A DNA stretch of 64,000 bases, taken from NCBI GenBank assembly GCA_046348545.1, contig JAXMEB010000006.1:50163-114162 (forward strand), given 5' to 3'. Under the pieces are notes generated by a model, which was not told the origin of the DNA, did not search any database, and saw only the letters and a program-made list of their open reading frames with translations. This document shows, in pieces, positions 39,680 through 49,619 of this stretch. Source of the DNA: Gammaproteobacteria bacterium (lineage in GTDB: Bacteria > Pseudomonadota > Gammaproteobacteria > Berkiellales > Berkiellaceae). Each line of letters opens with the position of its first letter. Positions within the stretch are counted from its first letter, which is position 1. Made by a program: the position numbers and the translations under genes.

Positions 39680-40698
39680 ATCAAGATAGATTAATTGATA
39701 TGGCTCTTCAGGGTGATGAAAATCATTTTGATCGAGCAATGCGCCCAAAGCTTCTGCAAGATTATGTAGGGCAAGAAACCCTAAAATCTCAATTGTCTAT
39801 TTTTATTCAGGCCGCAAAGCATCGACAAGATGCGCTTGATCATGTCTTGCTATTTGGCCCTCCTGGATTGGGTAAAACAACCTTAGCGCATATCATTGCA
39901 GCTGAACTCAGTGTCAATTTAAAGCAAACATCGGGTCCGGTTTTGGAGCGAGCGGGTGATTTGGTTGCACTATTGACTAATTTAGAACCTAAAGATGTTT
40001 TGTTCATTGATGAGATTCATCGACTCAGCCCAGTGGTTGAAGAGGTGCTTTATCCTGCAATGGAAGATGGGCAAGTTGATATTATGATTGGAGAGGGCCC
40101 CGCTGCTCGTTCAATTAAGCTAGAGGTGCCTCCGTTTACACTGGTGGGTGCGACAACGCGAGCGGGGATGTTGACTTCTCCTTTGCGTGATCGATTTGGT
40201 ATTGCTATGCGTCTTGAATTTTATACCGAAGCAGAGTTGGTTCAGATTTTGGGACGTTCGGCGGACTGCCTTAAGGTGCGTCTTGAAGGCGTGGCGGCAA
40301 ATGAGCTTGCCAAGCGTTCAAGAGGGACCCCCCGGATAGCCAATCGTTTATTGCGTCGAGTGCGGGATGTTGCTCAAGTTGAGGGTGATGGCGATATCAC
40401 GTTATCGATTGCAAAACGAGCCTTGGATTTGCTGGATGTCGATCCGGCTGGGCTCGATATTTTAGATAGAAAATTGCTGCTCATGGCGATTGAAAAATTT
40501 GGGGGAGGCCCAGTGGGGCTGGATAGCTTATCTGCTGCAATCGGTGAATCTAAAGATACGATTGAAGATGTGATTGAACCTTATTTATTACAGCAAGGTT
40601 TTATTATGCGGACACCACGAGGTCGTATTGCGACTGCAAAGAGTTTTGCACATTTTGGTTTAGGTAACTTAGAAAATGAGCATATCGCCAGTAGTTGA
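39676..40698 (+). CDS. ruvB: Holliday junction helicase subunit RuvB
   Basis: Walker [12 protein letters not shown] and ..LFIDEIHRL.. Confidence 0.95.
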
Positions 40699-41116
40699 TG
40701 AGGCTGCGCTAACAACGCATATTTTTTCATTACGTGTTTATTACGAAGACACGGATGCAGGTGGAATAGTCTATCATGCTAACTATCTAAAATTCTTTGA
40801 GCGAGCGAGAACAGAGCTCCTAATCGCAAGAGGGATTGGACTGACTTCTATTCAGGCCCGTTTTAAGCTATCTTTCGTTATAAAATCTGTTAATTTGACG
40901 TATTTTTTAGCTGCAAGACTTGAAGATCAGCTTGATGTGCTGACTAAATTGGTTAAAATTGGGGCGGCCAGTTTGGTGTTTGAGCAATCTATCTATCGAG
41001 CGGGCGAAGACGTGCTATTGTGTTCTGCAACGGTGGTAGTTGTGGTGGTTAATTCGGCATTAAAGCCCACTCCCATACCTGAAGCCCTTAAACAGGAGTT
41101 AAAGCGTGAGCGTTGA
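40676..41116 (+). CDS. ybgC: Tol-Pal-associated acyl-CoA thioesterase
   Basis: ..[26 protein letters not shown].. (4HBT fold). Position is upstream of tolQ. Confidence 0.9.
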   Translation: MSISPVVDEAALTTHIFSLRVYYEDTDAGGIVYHANYLKFFERARTELLIARGIGLTSIQARFKLSFVIKSVNLTYFLAARLEDQLDVLTKLVKIGAASLVFEQSIYRAGEDVLLCSATVVVVVVNSALKPTPIPEALKQELKRER

Positions 41117-41786
41117 TTTATCGTTAATGAGTTTGTTTACTAGCGCCGGACCGGTGGTTAAGTCAGTGATGTTATTGCTCTGTGCAATTTCAGTCACGTC
41201 ATGGACTTTAATATTTCAGAGAGGGAAATTTTTAAAAGAGATGAAAAGGCTGCTGACTCAATTTGAGGAGCGTTTTCATTTAACAGGTGATTTGGATAAA
41301 TTATACGAGTACATCGCGGGCCGCAGGCCAGAGAGCTATGGTGTTGAAAATGTGATTCGTGCGGGTTTCAGGGAGTTTTTGAAATTTAGGCAACAATCGA
41401 GCATTGAGCCTGCGATAGCAATTCAAGGTGCGGAGCGAGCGATGCAAGTTGCCTTAGCTAAAGAACAAGATGAATTGGAAAAACATCTTTCTTTTTTAGC
41501 GAATGTCGGGTCGATCTCAGTTTATGTGGGGTTGTTTGGAACGGTATGGGGCATTATGACAGCATTTCGCGCGTTGGCGCATGTTCAGCAAGCCTCTATC
41601 GCCATGGTTGCGCCGGGCATTTCAGAAGCATTGATTGCCACCGCCATAGGGTTATTTGCAGCGATTCCGGCCGTCTTTGCTTACAATCGATTTCAGGCGC
41701 AAGTTGAGAGCTTAATGCGTCAATACGATAATATTTCAGAAGAATTTTTTAATTTACTCCATAGGCATCTCTATACTGAGCGTTAA
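41106..41786 (+). CDS. tolQ: Tol-Pal system protein TolQ
   Basis: MotA/TolQ/ExbB-type three-TM protein (..GLFGTVWGIM..APGISEALIATAIGL..). GTG start. Confidence 0.9.
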   Translation: MSVDLSLMSLFTSAGPVVKSVMLLLCAISVTSWTLIFQRGKFLKEMKRLLTQFEERFHLTGDLDKLYEYIAGRRPESYGVENVIRAGFREFLKFRQQSSIEPAIAIQGAERAMQVALAKEQDELEKHLSFLANVGSISVYVGLFGTVWGIMTAFRALAHVQQASIAMVAPGISEALIATAIGLFAAIPAVFAYNRFQAQVESLMRQYDNISEEFFNLLHRHLYTER

Positions 41787-41791
41787 TTTTC

Positions 41792-42256
41792 ATGAGAAAA
41801 CAAAGCAAAGGCAATCGCCGTAAGTTGGTCGCAGAGATCAATGTTGTGCCCTACATTGATGTGATGTTGGTGCTTTTAGTTATTTTTATGGTCACAGCCC
41901 CTTTGTTGCAACAAGGTGTCTCTGTTGATTTGCCAGACGCTGCAGCGACGGCATTACCTGAAAAAGATAAATCGCCCATCGTTGTGAGTGTTGATGATGA
42001 AGGCTCGTACTACCTCAATGTTTCGGGTAACCCGGCCGCTCCGATGGACCCCAGGGCTTTAAAATTACAAGTCGCTGCTGAGCTGGTGCGTGATCCAAAG
42101 CGCCAAGTATTGGTGAAAGGTGACAAAAATGTAGCTTATGGACAAGTGGTCGGTGCGATGGTGCTGCTTCAACAAGCGGGTGCGCCCACGGTGGGTTTGG
42201 TGACGCAAGGGAATGAGCTTGAGGCCGCCAATGCAGGACGGAGTAAGCGTTCATGA
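41792..42256 (+). CDS. tolR: Tol-Pal system protein TolR
   Basis: ..EINVVPYIDVMLVLLVIFMVTAP.. Confidence 0.9.
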   Translation: MRKQSKGNRRKLVAEINVVPYIDVMLVLLVIFMVTAPLLQQGVSVDLPDAAATALPEKDKSPIVVSVDDEGSYYLNVSGNPAAPMDPRALKLQVAAELVRDPKRQVLVKGDKNVAYGQVVGAMVLLQQAGAPTVGLVTQGNELEAANAGRSKRS

Positions 42257-43143
42257 GCGATAAGCGTTACCGTAATCCGTTTTTTGCTTCGATTGGCGTA
42301 CACGCCGTGATTGTGCTATTGCTGTTCATTGGGTTGCCTGTGACTAAGCTCACGCTCTCTGATTCAAGCCCAGGATTAGATCAGGAGCAGCCGGTTATTG
42401 AGGCTAAGATGGTTGATCAGACTGAGTTGAATAATGAAATTAAACGTTTGGCCCAAGAGGAAGCGAATCGAAAAGCTCAAGAAAAGCAGCGTATTGAAAA
42501 GCTAAAGCAGCTTGAGAAGCAGGCTGAACTGAAACGAAAGCAAGAAGAAGCAAAGTTACAATCATTGAAAGCGGAACAAGAAGCATTAAAACAAAAAGCG
42601 GCTGAAAAATTAAAGGCTGAGCAGTTAGAGCTTGCAAAATTGAAGAAAGCGAAAGAGGAAGCTTTGAAAGTTCAGCAAGCAGCAGAGCAAAAGGCAAAAG
42701 AAGCCCAGAAGCAAAAGCTAGCAGCGGAAGCGAAAGCCGCTGAAGCGGCGCGTTTAAAGCAAGAAGCTGATAAGTTAGCGAAAGCGCAAGCAGCAGAGAA
42801 GCAAAAGCAAGCGGCGGCTGAAGCTGCTGCACGGCAACGTCAAGTCATGCAAGACCAGATTTCTCAGTACGCGAGCATGATGATGAAAAAGGTGACTCAG
42901 AATTGGAGAAAGCCTTTAGGCATGGAGGCTTCTGCTTTGTCTTGCTTGATTGAAGTGCAGTTATTGCCAACTGGTGAAGTTTTAGAGGCTCATGTTGTTG
43001 AAACGAGCGGTAGTCTTGAGTTTGATCGTTCAGCTGAGTTAGGGGTTTTGAAGTCATCTCCCTTTACGATGCCGCCTGATGATAAGGCGCGTGCAGAATT
43101 CAGAAATTTTAGATTCAGATTTAAGCCCAGCGAGGTGGGATGA
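42253..43143 (+). CDS. tolA: Tol-Pal system protein TolA
   Basis: N-terminal TM anchor, long K/A/E/Q-rich helical domain, C-terminal TolA III-like domain. Position is between tolR and tolB. Confidence 0.85.
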   Translation: MSDKRYRNPFFASIGVHAVIVLLLFIGLPVTKLTLSDSSPGLDQEQPVIEAKMVDQTELNNEIKRLAQEEANRKAQEKQRIEKLKQLEKQAELKRKQEEAKLQSLKAEQEALKQKAAEKLKAEQLELAKLKKAKEEALKVQQAAEQKAKEAQKQKLAAEAKAAEAARLKQEADKLAKAQAAEKQKQAAAEAAARQRQVMQDQISQYASMMMKKVTQNWRKPLGMEASALSCLIEVQLLPTGEVLEAHVVETSGSLEFDRSAELGVLKSSPFTMPPDDKARAEFRNFRFRFKPSEVG

Positions 43144-44501
43144 TGCAGATTGCGTGGATTCGTTTTACTTGTGTTGCACTGATGTTTGTAATATCCCAAG
43201 CAAATGCCAGGCTTGAGATTCAGATTACAAAAGGAATGGCTGCTGCCGTACCGATTGCAGTGACACCGTTCGAAGCTAAAGGGTTTCCGAGTACGGAAGA
43301 TATTGCGCAAGTGGTTCAAGATGACTTACGGATGAGTGGTTATTTTAATCCGATTTCTCGAGGTGCATTACCGTCTGGTGTCGGGTATGGTTCGATACCG
43401 ATTGCAACCTGGCAAACTGTTGGTGTTGAGAATGTTGTGTTAGGGCAGGTTTATGAGTCTAGCCCGGGTCGATACTCTGTTCGGTTTGAATTATGGGATG
43501 TTTTTAAAGGTAAAGAAAAAAGTACCCCGGTGGTTCGGCAAGGAGAATTGGTGGTCTCTCAGAGCACGACTAGTCACGTTTTATTATCAAAGTCATTCGA
43601 TAATATTCCAGCGGATCAATTCAGAGCTTTAGCCCATCATATCAGTGACTTGGTCTTTGAAAAATTAACGGGTATTCGAGGTGCATTTTCAACGCGTATT
43701 GCCTATGTTTTGGCGCGTGATTTTAGGGGCGGGCGTGAGTATGTTTTGGAGATTGCAGATGTTGATGGTTATAACCCCAAGCCATTGATGAAATCGACTG
43801 AGCCAATTATGTCACCCTCGTGGTCGCCAGATGGTAAACGCATTGCCTTTGTATCGTTTGAGAATAATCGTTCCCAAATTTACATTGCCGATGTGAAGAC
43901 AGGCGAGCGCACAAGGGTGTCAAAATTTCCAGGCATTAATGGCGCGCCGGCTTGGTCGCCAGATGGGCGTAAGCTTGCTTTGGTTTTATCAAAAGAGCAG
44001 AACCCTAATATTTATATTCTTGATTTGGTCACACGTTCTATGCAACAGTTAACGACTGGGTTGAACATTAGTACCGAGCCAAGTTGGTCAGCGGACGGTC
44101 GTCGCTTGTTATTTACCTCCAATCGGGGTGGAAAACCTCAGATTTATGAGTTAGATTTTGGAACGATGAAGACGAACCGTCTCACTTTTCAAGGGGGGTA
44201 CAATGCTCGTGCTTCATACACACCGGACCGAAAGTCGATTGTCATGATCCATCAAAGTGATGATGGGCAATACCGTATTGCAAGACAATCACTAGAAAAT
44301 GGAGAGTTAACTTACCTCACTTTTGCAAGGCAAGATGAATCACCTAGTGTGTCTCCAAATGGGGCTATGGTACTCTATGGCACACAGGTCGGTGAACGAG
44401 GTGTGTTAGGTGTTGTATCTATCGATGGGCGGGGCCAACTTAGGTTGCCTGCGCGAGAAGGTAGTGTGCAAGAGCCGGCGTGGTCGCCATTTTTATCTTA
44501 A
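43140..44501 (+). CDS. tolB: Tol-Pal system beta-propeller protein TolB
   Basis: Signal peptide and repeated ..P(S/A)WSPDG(K/R).. blades. Confidence 0.93.
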   Translation: MMQIAWIRFTCVALMFVISQANARLEIQITKGMAAAVPIAVTPFEAKGFPSTEDIAQVVQDDLRMSGYFNPISRGALPSGVGYGSIPIATWQTVGVENVVLGQVYESSPGRYSVRFELWDVFKGKEKSTPVVRQGELVVSQSTTSHVLLSKSFDNIPADQFRALAHHISDLVFEKLTGIRGAFSTRIAYVLARDFRGGREYVLEIADVDGYNPKPLMKSTEPIMSPSWSPDGKRIAFVSFENNRSQIYIADVKTGERTRVSKFPGINGAPAWSPDGRKLALVLSKEQNPNIYILDLVTRSMQQLTTGLNISTEPSWSADGRRLLFTSNRGGKPQIYELDFGTMKTNRLTFQGGYNARASYTPDRKSIVMIHQSDDGQYRIARQSLENGELTYLTFARQDESPSVSPNGAMVLYGTQVGERGVLGVVSIDGRGQLRLPAREGSVQEPAWSPFLS

Positions 44502-44538
44502 GTAGGGTTGTTTTTAGGTTATTGTTTAGGAGTGAAAC

Positions 44539-45054
44539 ATGTTGATGAAGGGTTTACGTCCTTTGGTATTAGGACTCACAGTATGTGTGGGATTAGCAGG
44601 CTGCGGTAGCCACCATGCCTCTAAGACGGGTCGTGGTCAAGGCGGGCCAGAAATGGCGGGTGCTGGCGAAGGTGGTACTTTTGCATCTCAAGACGGTTAT
44701 GGTCAGGATGCTGAATCACTTCGTGCGCATCGTACCTATCGTTTTGGCTTTGATCGTTATGATGTAGCGGATTCAGATTATCCTGCGATTAAATTCCATG
44801 CTGAGAATCTTGCAAAGCATCCTAATTCCCACATTCGCATTGAAGGGCATACGGATGAACGCGGTAGCCGTGAATACAATATTGGTTTAGGTGAAAGACG
44901 TGCTAGAGCAGTGACTGATATTCTGCTTTCAAGTGGTGCTTCAGCGAATCAAATCAGTGTTGTCAGCTATGGCAAAGAGAAACCAGAAGTGAATGGTCAT
45001 TCTGAAGATGCCTATAGCATGAATCGTCGTGCGATTCTGGTATACGAAGAATAA
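44539..45054 (+). CDS. pal: peptidoglycan-associated lipoprotein Pal
   Basis: Lipobox LAGC and OmpA-like domain EGHTDERGSREYNIGLGERRA. Confidence 0.93.
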   Translation: MLMKGLRPLVLGLTVCVGLAGCGSHHASKTGRGQGGPEMAGAGEGGTFASQDGYGQDAESLRAHRTYRFGFDRYDVADSDYPAIKFHAENLAKHPNSHIRIEGHTDERGSREYNIGLGERRARAVTDILLSSGASANQISVVSYGKEKPEVNGHSEDAYSMNRRAILVYEE

Positions 45055-45060
45055 TGAAAG

Positions 45061-45873
45061 GTGACTCTCATGGCAGATAAGTGTGCGCAAATAATATGGA
45101 GTGCGGGGCTTGGTCTGATATTGGCCAGCTCTGCTTGGGCGGCGTTACCGGATGTGGAAACTGTTCCGTTAAATCAGCCCAGTATTGGCGAGCGCTTATC
45201 TGCTGAGAGTTCACTCAATGCAGGTTCCTTAAAGCAACGAGTAGATGCTTTGCAAGCTGAGGTTCAAGAGTTGAGAGGATTAGTGGAAGAGCAAAGTCAC
45301 CTAATCCAGCAACTGACAGATAAGCAGAAGACGCTCTATTTAGACTTAGATAAACGGATCCCTAAAGGTCAAGTTGAAACGGGAGCAGCGCTACCGACTA
45401 CGCAAGTGATTGAACCCACCGCAGAGGTTCAGCTAGAGCCGATTCAACCGGTCACGGCTAATTTACCTTCAAGCCCTTTGATTCAAAATGAATCCACGAG
45501 CTATAAACAGGCTTTTGATTTAATTCAGGCGAAAGATTATACGAATGCGATTAAATCACTTGAAAGTTACCTGGCTCAATATCCAAATGGCCAGTATACC
45601 CCGAATGTTTACTATTGGTTGGGGGAGGTGAGCTTGGTTGTGAAGAATTTTGAGCAAGCGTCTGTCAATTTTCACAAGGTGCTCGATTATTATCCTTTAC
45701 ACGCTAAAGCCCCTGATTCCTTGTTAAAGCTGGGATATGTCTCTTATGAGCGAGGCAATTTAAAAGAGGCGAGCCAGTTTTTCCAAGATGTTCAAAATCG
45801 CTTTCCAGAAACCAGCGCTGCAAGGTTGGCGGGGTCCAAGTTACAACAGATGCGTCAAGCTGGTCAGATATAG
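45061..45873 (+). CDS. cpoB: cell-division coordinator CpoB (YbgF)
   Basis: Signal peptide, coiled coil (VDALQAEVQELRGLVEEQ) and a C-terminal TPR-like domain. Last gene of the tol-pal cluster. Confidence 0.85.
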   Translation: MTLMADKCAQIIWSAGLGLILASSAWAALPDVETVPLNQPSIGERLSAESSLNAGSLKQRVDALQAEVQELRGLVEEQSHLIQQLTDKQKTLYLDLDKRIPKGQVETGAALPTTQVIEPTAEVQLEPIQPVTANLPSSPLIQNESTSYKQAFDLIQAKDYTNAIKSLESYLAQYPNGQYTPNVYYWLGEVSLVVKNFEQASVNFHKVLDYYPLHAKAPDSLLKLGYVSYERGNLKEASQFFQDVQNRFPETSAARLAGSKLQQMRQAGQI

Positions 45874-45882
45874 TCTTTGCAC

Positions 45883-45910
45883 TTGAATTTTCCTAAAAAT
45901 CAGGTATTAT
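45883..45910 (+). promoter_or_regulatory. candidate sigma70 promoter for tRNA-Lys
   Basis: TTGAAT (45883-45888), 16-nt spacer, TATTAT (45905-45910), about 20 nt upstream of the mature tRNA 5' end. Confidence 0.4.
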
Positions 45911-45929
45911 ACTTGCCTTAAGTTTCGTT

Positions 45930-46002
45930 GGGTCGTTAGCTCAGCTGGTAGAGCAGCGGACTTTTAATCCGTTGGTCGATGGTTCGAATCCATCACGGCC
46001 CA
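45930..46002 (+). tRNA. tRNA-Lys (anticodon UUU), CCA not encoded
   Basis: Acceptor GGGTCGT/ACGGCCC, anticodon stem GCGGA/TCCGT, loop CTTTTAA, T-loop TTCGAAT. Confidence 0.95.
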
Positions 46003-46207
46003 AATCCCCTTCTATAGTCGTCATCCTTTAATATTTTTATTGTTTTTCTTTGCAGTATCTTTAAAACCAACTATTTTAAACAGAGACGTTAGTTCCAAAT
46101 ATATTTGTTGGGTAGCTTGCAACCTAAAGGGTGCTTGTCACGGCGGGTTGCAATCCTTAGAATATTCGTTTAAGTGATTTAATGGTTTAATTTAAGGATA
46201 TCAGGAT

Positions 46208-47176
46208 ATGAAAAAGCTAATCAAATTCGGCCTTGGCACGCTCGTTGCTGCGGTAACTTTTTCGGCAGGAGCAAATTCTTTTGAAGATGCGACAAAGCGC
46301 ACGGCAGTTTGGGCAAAGGGACATTGGGATGTCCCCTCGAATGAACGCTTAGCTTATGCTCAGAAACTGACAACAGCAGTGTTTCCTGGCGAAACTTATT
46401 TTGTAGAGCCGGATAACGCATTTGATTTAGCCTTTGGGGTTGAGCACGCTCTTCCGATGAGTGAGAATGGCACGGATTTTAATGTGGTCTTAGACTATGA
46501 TCAGTACTCGACCAACCAGAAAGATGTGAAATCCGGAGCGACCTTTTCTAGTATCCTTGGCTTAGCCGGTATTGGCCCTGCTGCTGATGTCAGTCGTGAA
46601 GCAAACATACAGTTACGAGATCGCACTTGGCGTTTAGGTGTGCAGCGGGCTAAAGAATTTGGTCGCTTTGATTGGCGACTTGGCGCTTTTGCAGAGTATT
46701 CTAAGTTAGCGCGCACTTATAATTTGCTTGAGCGTTCGGTTGCTGAGGGGCGTCAACTTTTCACCAAGCAAGAGTCCGATGGCTGGGGTCCTAGCTTTGA
46801 TATCATGGGTCGTTTCTATCCTTGGGGGCGTGATACAGGGTTTAGTGTATTCGGTGGCGGAGAGACTGCATTTTTATATAGTGACCAGGGGCTTAGCGTT
46901 GTTTCGTCTACAAATGGCAACCGCTTACCGGACAATGAAAATCAAAATCGCACAGATTTAAATGCCGTTATGACGCGACTGGGTGCCAGTGTTGGTGTGG
47001 GATACGCTCGTCCGATCAGTGAAGATGTGATGGTTGGTTTCAAAGTCGGTGGCCGTTGGATGAGTTACTATAATGCTTTTAAAAATAGTAGTGATTTAAC
47101 AACAGGTCGTACGGACTATGATCGTGTGGGCCCGTTTCTTGAGCTCAGAGTGGGTGGTACGCATTCGCCGATGTGA
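46208..47176 (+). CDS. outer-membrane beta-barrel protein, paralogue 1 (Legionella-MOMP-like by impression)
   Basis: Signal peptide MKKLIKFGLGTLVAAVTFSAGANS and alternating amphipathic strands. About 90% identical to paralogue 2. Confidence 0.7.
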   Translation: MKKLIKFGLGTLVAAVTFSAGANSFEDATKRTAVWAKGHWDVPSNERLAYAQKLTTAVFPGETYFVEPDNAFDLAFGVEHALPMSENGTDFNVVLDYDQYSTNQKDVKSGATFSSILGLAGIGPAADVSREANIQLRDRTWRLGVQRAKEFGRFDWRLGAFAEYSKLARTYNLLERSVAEGRQLFTKQESDGWGPSFDIMGRFYPWGRDTGFSVFGGGETAFLYSDQGLSVVSSTNGNRLPDNENQNRTDLNAVMTRLGASVGVGYARPISEDVMVGFKVGGRWMSYYNAFKNSSDLTTGRTDYDRVGPFLELRVGGTHSPM

Positions 47177-47312
47177 TTCACTAAGCGTGATGAGAAAAGC
47201 ACCTTTGGTTTGTTGCGTAGCCAGCAACCTAAAGGGTGCTTCTCACGCTTGATTGCAATCCTTAAAATACTTGTTTAAGTGATTTAATGGTTCCATTTAA
47301 GGATATTGGGAT

Positions 47313-48278
47313 ATGAAAACGCTAATCAAATTCGGCCTTGGTACACTCATTGCTGCGGTAACTTTTTCGGCAGGAGCAAATTCTTTTGAAGATGCGACAA
47401 AACGCACTGCAGTTTGGGCAAAGGGTCATTGGGATGTCCCCTCGAATGAACGCTTAGCCTATGCTCAGAAACCGACAACAGCAGTGTTTCCTGGCGAAAC
47501 TTATTTTGTAGAGCCTGATAACGAATTTGATTTAGCCTTTGGGATTGAGCACGCTCTTCCGATGAGTGAGAATGGCACGCATTTTAATGTGGTCTTAGAC
47601 TATGATCAGTACTCGACCAACCAGAAAGATGTGAAATCCGGAGCGACCTTTTCTAGTATCCTTGGTCCTTTCGGTATTGGCGCTGCTGCTGATGTCAGTC
47701 GTGAAGCAAACATACAGTTACGAGATCGCACTTGGCGTTTAGGTGTGCAGCGGGCTAAAGAATTTGGTCGCTTTGATTGGCGACTGGGCGCCTTTGCAGA
47801 GTATTCTAAAGTAGCACGCACCTATAATATCCTTGAACGTTCGGTTGCTGACGGGAGTCAACTTTTCATCAAACAAGAGTCCGATGGCTGGGGCCCTAGC
47901 TTTGATATGATGGCTCGTTTCTATCCTTGGGGGCGTGATACGGGGTTTAGTGTATTCGGTAGCGGAGAGACTGCATTTTTATATAGTGACCAGGGGGTTC
48001 GCATTGTTTCGTCTGCAAATTCTTTACGTTCAGTTACTGAAAACGGAAATCGCGCAGATTTAAATGCCGTTATGACGCGGCTGGGTGCCAGTGTTGGTGT
48101 GGGATACGCTCTTCCGATCAGTGAAGATGTGATGGTTGGTTTCAGAGTCGGTGGCCGTTGGATGAGTTACTATAATGCTTTTAAAAATAGTAGTAATTTA
48201 ACAACAGGTCGTACGGACTATGATCGTGTCGGGCCTTTCCTAGAGTTTAGAATCGGTGGCACGCATTCACCGATGTGA
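47313..48278 (+). CDS. outer-membrane beta-barrel protein, paralogue 2
   Basis: Tandem copy, including about 110 bp of upstream sequence. Differs from paralogue 1 mainly in one short patch. Confidence 0.7.
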   Translation: MKTLIKFGLGTLIAAVTFSAGANSFEDATKRTAVWAKGHWDVPSNERLAYAQKPTTAVFPGETYFVEPDNEFDLAFGIEHALPMSENGTHFNVVLDYDQYSTNQKDVKSGATFSSILGPFGIGAAADVSREANIQLRDRTWRLGVQRAKEFGRFDWRLGAFAEYSKVARTYNILERSVADGSQLFIKQESDGWGPSFDMMARFYPWGRDTGFSVFGSGETAFLYSDQGVRIVSSANSLRSVTENGNRADLNAVMTRLGASVGVGYALPISEDVMVGFRVGGRWMSYYNAFKNSSNLTTGRTDYDRVGPFLEFRIGGTHSPM

Positions 48279-48294
48279 TTCATTAAGACTGATG

Positions 48295-48325
48295 AAAAAA
48301 GCACCTCTCAAGGTGCCTTTTTTTT
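48295..48325 (+). terminator. rho-independent terminator after OMP paralogue 2
   Basis: AAAAAAGCACCT-CTCA-AGGTGCC followed by T8. Confidence 0.8.
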
Positions 48326-48575
48326 GAGTGGAAAAAATACCTTGCGCTAAAAATAAAACGAGCTATGATTATAGAGGTATTTAACTTTTGTCCGATTTCA
48401 TACTGTTTTGAAACGGTTTGTTAGACGGAAAAGGTTAAAAACCGCTGTACTAGGTTGAACAGCTGAGAATGGATACGGTTTAATTGGGTTCAAATGTATT
48501 GGGCGGTTTAAAAGTTTTTGTTAACTTTAAAACTGGTCCCTTCTATTTGGTTAATGCTGAGATAAGGACTTTGGG

Positions 48576-49568
48576 ATGATGAAAAAAGTACTAAGTATTA
48601 CAGCGAGCACACTCATAGTTGCGGGGTCAGTTTCTGCGCCTGCGCAAGCAGAAGATGTGTTCAGTCGTTTAAGCGTTCGAGCAGCGGGTCATTATGATCA
48701 AGCAACCAATGAACGCGGTGCGTTTGCAACCAGAAATACAGTTGTTGCTGCGCCCGGCGCAGTCGGTGAAACGTTCTTCGTTGAGCCAGACTACGAATGG
48801 GATTATACCCTCGGTTTGGAATATATGCTGCCCAATAGCGATAACAGCAGCTTGCTATTCGATTATGACCACTACAATGCGAGCGATAATAAGCGTGTGA
48901 CGGGGCCAGCGGCCGGTGCAGGTCAGCTTGCGTCTGTGCTAAATGCTGGTATACCTAACCCACTTCAAGTCGATGGTGATTTGAACGTCAAAGATCATAC
49001 TTTCCGCTTAGGTGCGCGTCGCGTATTGGATTTTGGTGATCGTTTCGATGTTCAATTAGGTGGTTATGGTGAATATTCTAAAGTGGAACGTCACCATACC
49101 ATTATAGAAGTCGCCGCTGCCGGAGCCTCTCGTTCTTACCGAGCTAATGATGAATCCAATGGTTGGGGTCCTAGCTTTGATATGTATGGTCGTTGGTATC
49201 CCATGGGCCGCCATAGCTGCTACAGCGTCTTAGCGGGCGTGGAAGCCGCTTTCTTGTATGGCGATAGCGTTCATAATGTCAGGGTTACTGACGAGACCGG
49301 AGCCTTCCCAGCAGGTGCTAACACTCTTAATAATGAAAATCGTGCTGACCTAAATCATGTCTTTACTCGTTTAGGCAGTACCGTTGCATTGACTTATGCC
49401 CGTCCTGTCAATGACAGTTGGAAATTTGGTCTACGCGCCGGTGCTCGTTGGATCAACTATGCCAATGCGTTTAAGAACGCTAGCGGCTTAAGCGCGGGTC
49501 GCACCGACTACGGTCGTTGGGGACCTTTCCTTGAAGTCAGAGTGGGTGGCGTTGATTCTCCAATGTAG
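48576..49568 (+). CDS. outer-membrane beta-barrel protein, paralogue 3 (divergent)
   Basis: Same family (..NGWGPSFDMYGRWYP.., ..GRTDYGRWGPFLEVRVGG..SPM*). Signal peptide ..SAPAQA. Confidence 0.7.
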   Translation: MMKKVLSITASTLIVAGSVSAPAQAEDVFSRLSVRAAGHYDQATNERGAFATRNTVVAAPGAVGETFFVEPDYEWDYTLGLEYMLPNSDNSSLLFDYDHYNASDNKRVTGPAAGAGQLASVLNAGIPNPLQVDGDLNVKDHTFRLGARRVLDFGDRFDVQLGGYGEYSKVERHHTIIEVAAAGASRSYRANDESNGWGPSFDMYGRWYPMGRHSCYSVLAGVEAAFLYGDSVHNVRVTDETGAFPAGANTLNNENRADLNHVFTRLGSTVALTYARPVNDSWKFGLRAGARWINYANAFKNASGLSAGRTDYGRWGPFLEVRVGGVDSPM

Positions 49569-49589
49569 ACACCTCTCCTTAAGTACTTC

Positions 49590-49619
49590 AAAAACCCGGA
49601 CTTGTTCCGGGTTTTTTTA
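49590..49619. terminator. bidirectional rho-independent terminator between OMP paralogue 3 and the ATPase gene
   Basis: AAAAACCCGGA-CTTGT-TCCGGGTTTTTTT, with A-run and T-run on either side. Overlaps the ATPase stop codon. Confidence 0.85.

Noticed and set aside
42440-42832. 130-aa antisense ORF inside tolA
   Set aside because: It is the mirror image of the low-complexity K/A/E/Q-rich tolA repeat region, where long antisense open frames are expected by composition.
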